Below are positions 1 to 6,464 of a DNA stretch of 47,531 bases, in pieces. Position 1 is the stretch's first letter. The number at the start of each line of letters is the position of its first letter. Source of the DNA: a bacterium (lineage in GTDB: Bacteria > Patescibacteriota > Patescibacteriia > UBA9934 > GWF2-40-263); contig JAGVQB010000014.1 of the NCBI GenBank assembly GCA_020051955.1, positions 1 through 47,531 on the forward strand. Direction: 5' to 3'. Made by a program: the position numbers and the translations under genes. The notes beneath the pieces are model-generated. The model did not search any database. It was not told the DNA's origin and saw only the letters and a program-made list of their open reading frames with translations.

Positions 1-85
1 TCCCAGCGGTGGGTCGCACTACGGCGGCGGAAGCTGGGGCGGGCACGAGAAGGGAGACGGCGGCGGCGGTCCCAGCGGTGGGTAG
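1..85 (+). CDS. possible 3' end of a GC-rich CDS entering from the left edge (frame 2 tail ...PSGGSHYGGGSWGGHEKGDGGGGPSGG, TAG 83-85); frame and coding status uncertain
   Basis: G+C is far above the window average and GC3 is high in frame 2. A + strand hairpin/T-run follows about 40 nt later. Frame 1 (stop 109-111) cannot be excluded. Confidence 0.2.
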   Translation, partial: PSGGSHYGGGSWGGHEKGDGGGGPSGG

Positions 86-125
86 CGCGGAGGGGGTCGC
101 TAGTCTCATCGTGAAGTTCAACGTG

Positions 126-149
126 CACGTCGCTCTGCGGCGTGTTTTT
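126..149 (+). terminator. rho-independent terminator-like hairpin
   Basis: Stem cacgtcgc (126-133) pairs with gcggcgtg (137-144) with one G-U pair and loop tct, followed by TTTTT (145-149). Confidence 0.5.
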
Positions 150-156
150 CTTGTGC

Positions 157-183
157 AAAAAAATCGACGATCGTCGATTTTTT
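157..183. terminator. bidirectional terminator (perfect 16-nt palindrome flanked by A7 and T6)
   Basis: aaaaaaa-atcgacgatcgtcgat-ttttt. On the minus strand it lies directly downstream of the tRNA-Pro pair. Confidence 0.55.
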
Positions 184-186
184 GTA

Positions 187-261
187 TGGTCGGGCCAGTG
201 GGATTTGAACCCACGGCCTCTTGCACCCCATGCAAGCGCGCTACCTCTGCGCTATGGCCCG
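187..261 (-). tRNA. tRNA-Pro (anticodon GGG), CCA encoded
   Basis: Hand-folded cloverleaf on the reverse complement: acceptor CGGGCCA/TGGCCCG, D stem GCGC/GCGC, anticodon stem CTTGC/GCAAG with loop AT-GGG-GT, T arm GTGGG-TTCAAAT-CCCAC, discriminator A, then CCA. Confidence 0.9.
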
Positions 262-273
262 AGTGAAATTAAG

Positions 274-349
<76 letters not shown>

Positions 350-401
350 ATCACGAAAAGATGATACTTCAATTTTTTCATCGTTACCAGGTGACGGTAT
401 T

Positions 402-431
402 TTGGTTAATTCTAGCTTATTCGATTATAAT
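402..431 (+). promoter_or_regulatory. sigma70-like promoter abutting the start codon (near-leaderless)
   Basis: TTGGTT (402-407), 18-nt spacer, TATAAT (426-431). The ATG at 440 is only 8 nt after the -10 box and there is no SD. Confidence 0.4.
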
Positions 432-439
432 ATGCGCGT

Positions 440-949
440 ATGTACCAGTTATTTCTGCTTGTCGCGATCGTTCTGCTTGGCTCTGCCGCGTACGCTGGAT
501 TAAAGGGCGCGCCGTGGGTGCCAACATGGAAACGCGATTTGAAACGGATTGAACGCTTACTCGATCTAAAACCAGGCGAACGTTTTGTTGAGCTTGGATG
601 TGGTAACGCGCGGGTGTGTCGCCACTTACAACAAGCACAACCTGGCGCGACGATCGAAGGCGTTGAACTTTCAATCGTGCAATTCGTCGTTGGGTGGATA
701 CAGAACCGACTTTCAAAAAGCCCGGCGCGCACAAAGTTTGGAAATGTTTTCTCGCGTGACCTCCGTGGCTATGACGCGCTTTATATGTTTCTCATGCCCG
801 CGACCTATTCCAAGATTCGTCCCAAACTTGAAAGCGAACTCAAGCCAGGCGCGCGCGTTGTCACTTACGCTTGGCCGATTCAAGGATGGAAGCCGCTTAA
901 AATCGACGAAGCGGACGGGTCGCAAAAAATATTTTTGTATCAACGATAA
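440..949 (+). CDS. class I SAM-dependent methyltransferase with N-terminal membrane anchor
   Basis: Hydrophobic N-terminus MYQLFLLVAIVLLGSAAYA. SAM motif I is read as ERFVELGCGNARV. Confidence 0.7.
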   Translation: MYQLFLLVAIVLLGSAAYAGLKGAPWVPTWKRDLKRIERLLDLKPGERFVELGCGNARVCRHLQQAQPGATIEGVELSIVQFVVGWIQNRLSKSPARTKFGNVFSRDLRGYDALYMFLMPATYSKIRPKLESELKPGARVVTYAWPIQGWKPLKIDEADGSQKIFLYQR

Positions 950-955
950 ATTTTT

Positions 956-2377
956 ATGCCAAACGATCAAACGTCTTTTGATATTGAACAGCGCACGCTA
1001 GATGTCGCGCGTACAGCATCGCCTGAAAAATTTCTTGTTCCGCAAAAACCTCCGCACACATTGTTCGAGTTTATTGGTATCAAGAACGCGCCGCGTGATT
1101 TGCCAAAAGGGTATTTCAAATATCGCCCTGAGGATTTCATCGTTGAAGAGATTAGACCTGACGGCACGCTCATCACTGTTGATGGGCAGAGCGCGAAGCC
1201 CGACGTCGAGGACGGGGAGGGGACAGTGTATTTTGATCTAACTAAGGTTGGTGTTTCAACCATGGATGCTGGCAATAGAATCGCGGAGGTTACGGGATAC
1301 GACAGCAAGAGCATTGGTTATGCTGGCATCAAAGACGCTGTCGCGCTCACGTCTCAGCGAATGAGTATTCGCGCTGGAATCTTGAACGAGATTTTATTGC
1401 TCAATATCCCAGGCATGATTATTCGCAACGTTCACGAGGCAAAAGGCGTTGTACAGATTGGCGCGCTTTTGGGAAACAGATTCACGTTGCTTCTGCGCAC
1501 GCATAATCCGCTCACACAAGATTGGGTTGATGAGCGTATGGCTCATATCAAAACCCACGGCATAATGAATTATTTTGGTGTACAGCGATTTGGGACTCCG
1601 CGGTTTATCGCTCACGATGTCGGGCGCGCGATGCTTGTTGAGGGCGCGCAGGCGAGCGTTAAAACGTACATCACAAAAGCAAGTCCATTCGAACTTCCGT
1701 TTTTCACTGAACGTCGTGCGCGTCTGCTTGAGCTGTGGGGAGATTGGGTAGCGATGAAAAATGCTATTGCTGATTTACCGTATTCGTTCCGCCACGAGAT
1801 GGATACGCTTTCTTCCCTTATCAAAACTGGTGGAATGTTTAGCGCGGCAATCGAGGCGGTTCAACAACAGGCTGGAATGTGGGTTCGTGCGTACGCGAGT
1901 TATGCCGCGAACGAAGTTTTGTCTGACGCTGAAGTCAGTGGTGCCGAGCTTCCTGATCCAATGCCCCAACTTCTGAATCCAGACCCTAAAGCTTTGTCCG
2001 TTTACAAAAACATTCTCGAGCGTGACAACCTGCGCAACCCAATGAGCGCGCTCAAGAGTTATCCGTTTATCCGCGTTGGGCGCAATCCAACTTTTGTGCC
2101 TGTCATACATCCAGACATTCATTCGTACAAAATTATCCCCGAGGGTCTAGCGCTCAGCTTCAGTCTCTCCAAGGGCGCGTACGCGACAACGATGTTGATG
2201 TACTTGATTGACTCGGTTACGGGCTACCCAGTGCCAGAGTGGGTGAACACAAAATATATTGACGCAAAAGAATTGCTAGGCACAGGCTCATTGCGCGAGG
2301 TGAAAGAAAAATTGGGGGAGGATATTGAAAGGATAATGGCGAGGAAGAATGAGGATGTGGATGGTGTAGGTGAGTAA
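956..2377 (+). CDS. truD: tRNA pseudouridine synthase TruD family
   Basis: GYAGIKDAVALTSQ (GxKD catalytic Asp motif) and NYFGVQRFG are both TruD hallmarks. Confidence 0.85.
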   Translation: MPNDQTSFDIEQRTLDVARTASPEKFLVPQKPPHTLFEFIGIKNAPRDLPKGYFKYRPEDFIVEEIRPDGTLITVDGQSAKPDVEDGEGTVYFDLTKVGVSTMDAGNRIAEVTGYDSKSIGYAGIKDAVALTSQRMSIRAGILNEILLLNIPGMIIRNVHEAKGVVQIGALLGNRFTLLLRTHNPLTQDWVDERMAHIKTHGIMNYFGVQRFGTPRFIAHDVGRAMLVEGAQASVKTYITKASPFELPFFTERRARLLELWGDWVAMKNAIADLPYSFRHEMDTLSSLIKTGGMFSAAIEAVQQQAGMWVRAYASYAANEVLSDAEVSGAELPDPMPQLLNPDPKALSVYKNILERDNLRNPMSALKSYPFIRVGRNPTFVPVIHPDIHSYKIIPEGLALSFSLSKGAYATTMLMYLIDSVTGYPVPEWVNTKYIDAKELLGTGSLREVKEKLGEDIERIMARKNEDVDGVGE

Positions 2378-2380
2378 GGC

Positions 2381-2443
2381 ATTCGGTTATCTACAGATTA
2401 CAGATTCTTACAGATTTACAGATTTTACAGATTTTACAGATAG
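2381..2443 (+). repeat. Rep-A copy (TACAGAT heptamer array), + orientation
   Basis: attcggttatc-tacagat-tacagat-tct-tacagat-t-tacagat-tt-tacagat-tt-tacagat-ag. Near-identical to 10741-10793 and inverted relative to 2885-2930 and 27877-27924. Confidence 0.9.
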
Positions 2444-2456
2444 ATCGATTAGTTCT

Positions 2457-2858
2457 ATGAATGAGGAATTTATTTTTGAGGAGGAGAGTTATCGGATTAT
2501 CGGATGTTTGTTTGAGGTCTTTAATCAGCTTGGAGCTGGTTTGAAGGAACAGGTTTATCAGAAGGCGGTTGTGTTGGAGTTTAAGAAAAATGGAATTGGA
2601 TTTAGGGAGCAGGCGCATATTCCAATTATGTATCAGGGTATGAAGGTCGGAACAAGATATCTCGATTTTGTTGTGGATGAAAAAATTGTTCTTGAGCTAA
2701 AGTCTGGCAGATTATTTTCCCGCCAACACATGGATCAAACTTGCGAATACCTAAAACTAAGCGGACTACACCTCGCCATCCTGGCAAATTTTTCAAACAA
2801 CGGCGTCAAAATAAAACGTCTCGTCAACCTCCCCTCTCACTCCTCGAACTATCTGTAA
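2457..2858 (+). CDS. GxxExxY family protein (PD-(D/E)XK nuclease fold)
   Basis: Contains a literal GLKEQVY (GxxExxY) and a DFVVDEKIVLELK (D...ExK) core. ATG 2457 (MNEEFIFEE) is preferred over the track start 2370, which would translate the Rep-A array. Confidence 0.85.
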   Translation: MNEEFIFEEESYRIIGCLFEVFNQLGAGLKEQVYQKAVVLEFKKNGIGFREQAHIPIMYQGMKVGTRYLDFVVDEKIVLELKSGRLFSRQHMDQTCEYLKLSGLHLAILANFSNNGVKIKRLVNLPSHSSNYL

Positions 2859-2884
2859 AATTCCTCTTCTCCTCATTCCTCGAT

Positions 2885-2930
2885 CTATCTGTAAAATCTG
2901 TAAATCTGTAAGAATCTGTAATCTGTAGAT
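2885..2930 (-). repeat. Rep-A copy, inverted orientation
   Basis: ctatctgtaaaatctgtaaatctgtaagaatctgtaatctgtagat is the reverse complement of the Rep-A core. A 20-nt direct duplication is also present (2842-2861 versus 2877-2896). Confidence 0.9.
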
Positions 2931-2948
2931 CGAGGCAACTCCTGTACT

Positions 2949-3011
2949 AAAAGAAGAGCCCCGAGCGAAGTCGAGTCTCGTTGCCGAGCTGTTCACTCGG
3001 GGACTCTTCTT
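2949..3011 (-). terminator. long hairpin, probable terminator of the minus-strand GC-rich gene
   Basis: aagaagagccccgag (2951-2965) pairs with ctcggggactcttctt (2996-3011). On the minus strand the stem runs into UCUUCUUUU. Confidence 0.5.
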
Positions 3012-3130
3012 CGCACGGGGCTAGCTCGTGCGGCGCGCGACCAGGAGAAGCACCTACTGGTCGCACTACCCGTTCCGTTCACCCGTGAGGAGGAGGGTAG
3101 CGGGGGAACGGAGGGGATGGGGGCGTTGGT

Positions 3131-3799
3131 TCAGATCGAGGCCGCGGGCGCCTCGGGCGCGGGTGGCGTGGACCAGTGGGCTCCGTCCTCGTCCGCGTAG
3201 AAGCGGAGAGGGCGGATGTCGGTGACGGTATCCTTGGAGCCGCAGGCTCCTTGAAAATTTACGGTCACCGTTCCGTTCTTCTTGTTCTCCCACAAGTAGC
3301 AGCTGTGGAAGAACTTGACCATCAGCCGGAGGATCAAGTTGATCGCGGCCCGGGGGACGTCCCCGAGCGCGACACCCTTCTTCATGGTGATCACGAGCGT
3401 GCCACGCCCGCTCCTCCGTTCGTTCTGGGTCTGCAGGACGTGTGCTTCCACGAACACGTACTCGGCCTGCTCGAGGTCGTCCACGAGTTCCTGGGAGCGG
3501 GTCGCCCGCGACTTCGAGAAGTCGTCCGAAGTGTCGGAGTTGAACTCCATGAAACAGTTGCCCGTGTCCACGCGCGGTTCGCCCTGCTTGTTCCTCCGCG
3601 GAAGCTGGATGTCCCTGCCGTCAGCAGTGAGCTCTTCCGCACGCTTCTGGTTGAGCTCCAGCTCGCGGCCGAGTCTGCGCTCCGCCACGTGGATCCCCGC
3701 CCTCTCGAACTCCATGACTTCGGCTCGACTGAGCCTGTACCTGAGGAGGATCTTCTCGCCCCGCGCGGTCGTCTTGCTCTTGGTTCCCTCGTCGGCCAT
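3131..3799 (-). CDS. hypothetical protein, 222 aa, GC-rich orphan (no family recognised)
   Basis: Strong G/C third-position bias in this frame, an SD-like AAGGGGG 6-7 nt before the ATG, a consensus promoter upstream and a hairpin downstream. The + strand ORFs 3176-3817 and 3315-3959 are read as shadow ORFs. Confidence 0.7.
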   Translation of the reverse strand: MADEGTKSKTTARGEKILLRYRLSRAEVMEFERAGIHVAERRLGRELELNQKRAEELTADGRDIQLPRRNKQGEPRVDTGNCFMEFNSDTSDDFSKSRATRSQELVDDLEQAEYVFVEAHVLQTQNERRSGRGTLVITMKKGVALGDVPRAAINLILRLMVKFFHSCYLWENKKNGTVTVNFQGACGSKDTVTDIRPLRFYADEDGAHWSTPPAPEAPAASI

Positions 3800-3913
3800 C
3801 TCTGGCCCCCTTTCTAAATACGGGCTTGCGCCCGAAAATGCTGCAGATGCAGCGGGTGAGAGCGGTGCTCGTGAGGACGAGAAACGCTATCACCAGCCAC
3901 AGTCTGACGCAAA

Positions 3914-3942
3914 AATATACCCTAAAATCGGGCGATTGTCAA
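3914..3942 (-). promoter_or_regulatory. near-consensus sigma70 promoter for the 222-aa gene
   Basis: Minus strand reads TTGACA (3942-3937), 17-nt spacer, TATATT (3919-3914). This predicts a leader of about 105 nt containing small hairpins (ctcgt/acgag, gctgca/tgcagc, gggc-gcaa-gccc). Confidence 0.55.
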
Positions 3943-3951
3943 TCGGTGAGG

Positions 3952-3996
3952 AGGGCTGAAAAGGCTTATAGGGCTTAAAGGGCTGAAAAGGGTGGG
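3952..3996 (+). repeat. junction microsatellite (GGGCT-N3-5 units)
   Basis: gggctgaaaa-ggcttata-gggcttaaa-gggctgaaaa-gggtgggg. Confidence 0.7.
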
Positions 3997-4008
3997 GAAA
4001 ACGCGGGG

Positions 4009-4037
4009 TTTACACGTGGAGGCACTTGTGTTTTAAT
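4009..4037 (+). promoter_or_regulatory. sigma70-like promoter, near-leaderless
   Basis: TTTACA (4009-4014), 17-nt spacer, TTTAAT (4032-4037). The ATG at 4048 is 11 nt after the -10 box and there is no SD. Confidence 0.4.
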
Positions 4038-4047
4038 CCGCAGTACT

Positions 4048-4491
4048 ATGATCATCAAAGATCTTTTGAAACTCCATCTTGGAGACGCAGTACGCATTTC
4101 AAACAAACCTTTCATCCACGTTGGCCACACACAGATTGATCTGGATGACGGCCAGACGATCCGTTGGCTTTATGACGACGAGGGAAGCATGCTTTCTGTC
4201 TCTCGCGAGGACGAGGAGATTATTTTTTTCAACGAACTCGACGAAGAGATCGAACCAGAAGATGACACCATTTCGTTTGGCACAAAAGAGTTTGAGTTTA
4301 GCTTTGAGGATATGGGCACAATCGTAAACGTCGAGGGAGAAGCAGTTGGTGAGGAAGATGATCGGTATATATATTCAGACTATCAGGCGGCTGATGGGGA
4401 GCTTTTGCGTCTTGTGAGCAATGAGACCACGGGTGAGAAGATGGCGTATAAGGGAAAGTATGTTTCAGAGGATGATGTGGCGGAGGTGTAG
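4048..4491 (+). CDS. acidic hypothetical protein (147 aa)
   Basis: Clean ORF followed by a terminator. It is rich in D/E and I recognised no motif with confidence. Confidence 0.65.
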   Translation: MIIKDLLKLHLGDAVRISNKPFIHVGHTQIDLDDGQTIRWLYDDEGSMLSVSREDEEIIFFNELDEEIEPEDDTISFGTKEFEFSFEDMGTIVNVEGEAVGEEDDRYIYSDYQAADGELLRLVSNETTGEKMAYKGKYVSEDDVAEV

Positions 4492-4528
4492 GGAGAGTAG
4501 GAAAGGAGGGGACAATTTGGTAAAATAA

Positions 4529-4552
4529 GGGCAGTGAAAAACTGCCTTTTTG
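4529..4552 (+). terminator. rho-independent terminator
   Basis: ggcagt-gaaaa-actgcc followed by TTTTT. Confidence 0.7.
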
Positions 4553-4557
4553 ATATT

Positions 4558-4716
4558 AGACCTGTTGCCAAATAATCTTATGCCTGCAAAACGTCATACT
4601 CGGCTACAAGCCATTTTCGAAAACCTCAAAATAGCTGTGCTATTCTTCGGTTTCCTCAAACGGCTTTCGCTCGAATCTGACATTTTTCGGCTATAAGCTT
4701 ATTTGGCAACAGGTCT
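4558..4716. repeat. Rod-1: 159-nt imperfect hairpin closed by a perfect 18-bp inverted repeat
   Basis: agacctgttgccaaataa (4558-4575) is the exact reverse complement of ttatttggcaacaggtct (4699-4716). The interior pairs imperfectly around the apex atagc-tgt-gctat. The element ends 1 nt before ATG 4718. Confidence 0.85.
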
Positions 4717-4717
4717 T

Positions 4718-5950
4718 ATGCGAAAGATTCTTTTTTTTCTCATCACAGGTGTGGTCGTGGTAATGGCGATTACGTTTGCGTCTTACATTGTGTTTACGCA
4801 ATTCCGACCGGAGAGGGAGGTTGGTGTGATGATGGGGAAGATGGCGCGGTTGACGAGCTTCGCGTATGACGCTGGGTTTGGATGGAGCGCGGGATCGGAT
4901 GGCGAGAGTGTGAGCACCACGCTTTACGCCAGCGGGAAGGTTTTGGCGAGTGAGTCAGGAGATGTTGATCACGCAACTAAGTTTCGAGTAGTGCGACTTT
5001 CGCGCGCGCGAGATTACAACGATCTCGCGGGTGAGATACGGAATGTCGGCGATACGACGTTTCTGACCTATTCCCCGCCAGGGCCTGATGTGCCTGGGGT
5101 AGATTTTGACGGCGAGACGTGGGTGGAGTTCGACGAGGGGGAGCTTGCGTCCTGGGGTGAGGTTTTGCCAGGGCTCGAGGTACCGATCGAATCAGTGACG
5201 CCAGAGGGTGAATGGACTGATGATGGAATCAAGCGTCTGCGCGTTTTGCTTTCGATGATGGATGTTTTACTTGTCGAATACAATGGTCTGACAGAAATTA
5301 TCGACGGGGAGGTCGCGCGCATTATTGATGGGCGTTTCGATATTGATGCGGTCGAGGGATTTCTTTTGAATCTTGTGCGCGCGAAGTACGGCGATGAGCC
5401 AGATGACGAGGATAGGATTTTCGCGCACGCGCAGGCCATTCAGTTAGCGCGTCTGGATTTGCGTCTCTGGGTTGGGATGAACGATCACTTGTTGCATTGC
5501 GTGCGGGCGACTGGCAATTTTTCTGTCCCCCCCCTGCCCGAGGGGGGGCTAGGGGGGGTGGGAGTGAAGCCAAGCAACGAATCTGTACCAGTTGAAATAA
5601 GGATTGAGTTTTCAGGATTCGACGAGCCCGTCTCGATCCTTGAACCATCCGCTATCGACTTCGCCAGTATTTATCGGACGACGTTCGGTAGCCTGCCGTC
5701 CGCAGGCGACATTGCTTCTGCGACACGCAAAACACTTGTGCGCGCGGGGTTGGTTCATCTCCCCTCGGTACAAATGATTGAATCGAACGATCCAGACAAT
5801 GACGGGCTCGATAACATCCTCGAAACTTTTTACGGAACCTCTGCCCTAAAGGCTGACACTGACAGTGACGGAATAAACGACGGCGATGAAGTCCGAGCGG
5901 GAAGTAACCCCCGAGGACGTGGTTCGTTGTTCGGGTTTGGGTTGGATTAA
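4718..5950 (+). CDS. membrane-anchored/secreted protein with C-terminal Asp-rich calcium-binding-type repeats
   Basis: TM segment ILFFLITGVVVVMAITFASYIVF. The C-terminus carries DPDNDGLDN and DTDSDGINDGDE (thrombospondin type 3-like). It also carries an in-frame Rep-E copy. Confidence 0.7.
   Translation: MRKILFFLITGVVVVMAITFASYIVFTQFRPEREVGVMMGKMARLTSFAYDAGFGWSAGSDGESVSTTLYASGKVLASESGDVDHATKFRVVRLSRARDYNDLAGEIRNVGDTTFLTYSPPGPDVPGVDFDGETWVEFDEGELASWGEVLPGLEVPIESVTPEGEWTDDGIKRLRVLLSMMDVLLVEYNGLTEIIDGEVARIIDGRFDIDAVEGFLLNLVRAKYGDEPDDEDRIFAHAQAIQLARLDLRLWVGMNDHLLHCVRATGNFSVPPLPEGGLGGVGVKPSNESVPVEIRIEFSGFDEPVSILEPSAIDFASIYRTTFGSLPSAGDIASATRKTLVRAGLVHLPSVQMIESNDPDNDGLDNILETFYGTSALKADTDSDGINDGDEVRAGSNPRGRGSLFGFGLD
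5527..5569 (+). repeat. Rep-E copy, in frame in CDS 4718-5950
   Basis: cccccccctgcccgagggggggctagggggggtgggagtgaag, translated as PPLPEGGLGGVGVK. Matches 29009-29049 over about 41 nt. Confidence 0.9.
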
Positions 5951-6021
5951 CTCCCCCTCCTTCCCAACCTGTCCACCGAAGCCTTGGCGAAGGTGGAGGA
6001 GGGGTCAGGGGAGGTTGCCTG
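5946..6021 (-). repeat. Rep-D copy (about 70-nt GC-rich hairpin element), inverted orientation
   Basis: ctccccctccttcccaacctgtccaccgaagccttggcgaaggtggaggaggggtcaggggaggttgcc. Homologous to 8288-8356, 13986-14055 and 31337-31406. Confidence 0.85.
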
Positions 6022-6027
6022 CAAATT

Positions 6028-6459
6028 ATGAAAATTTTTAGTCGTCGCGCCACAAAACACCTCCGTAGTGAAAATCGTAAAGAGATGAATAATCTTGAGG
6101 GGCTTGTATGGAATAGAATTAAGTCGAAACAGCTTCTTGGTTACAAGTTTCGTCGGCAACATGGCATTGGTCCATTCATAGTTGACTTCTATTGTCCAAA
6201 AAAGAAACTTGTCGTTGAAATTGACGGAGACACTCATTACACACCAGAGGCGTTAGTTTATGACGAGACACGTAGTTCGTTTTTAAGAGAGCAGGGTATC
6301 CAGATAATGAGATTTACTAACCTGGACGTGTGGGAGAATTTGGATGGAGTAATAGAAGCGATTATGGAAGCGCTTGCTGGAGATACTGGTAGCCCAGGTG
6401 CAGGCAATTCAGGTGCAGGCAACCCCCCTTTATCCCCCCTTGGGAAGGGGGGAGATTAG
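6028..6459 (+). CDS. DUF559 (Vsr-like) endonuclease domain protein
   Basis: LVWNRIKSKQLLGYKFRRQHGIGPFIVDFYCPKKKLVVEIDGDTHY matches the DUF559 pattern (KFRRQ...IVDF...EIDG..H). The last codons and the stop come from a Rep-D fragment. Confidence 0.8.
   Translation: MKIFSRRATKHLRSENRKEMNNLEGLVWNRIKSKQLLGYKFRRQHGIGPFIVDFYCPKKKLVVEIDGDTHYTPEALVYDETRSSFLREQGIQIMRFTNLDVWENLDGVIEAIMEALAGDTGSPGAGNSGAGNPPLSPLGKGGD
6417..6457 (+). repeat. short Rep-D variant (centre deleted), + orientation
   Basis: ggcaacccccctttatcccccct-tgggaaggggggagatt. Confidence 0.8.
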
Positions 6460-6464
6460 AAAAT

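Noticed and set aside
3176-3959. Long + strand ORFs 3176-3817 and 3315-3959, and minus ORFs 3391-3642 and 3621-3893
   Set aside because: These are typical shadow ORFs of a high-GC region. Only the minus-strand frame 3131-3799 combines strong GC3 bias, an SD-like site, a consensus promoter and a downstream hairpin.
5946-6021. Rep-D as a possible structured RNA gene (riboswitch or sRNA)
   Set aside because: Copies occur in both orientations and are translated in frame in uvrA and rimK. This argues for a mobile or recombining DNA element rather than a strand-specific RNA gene. Transcript-level roles are not excluded.
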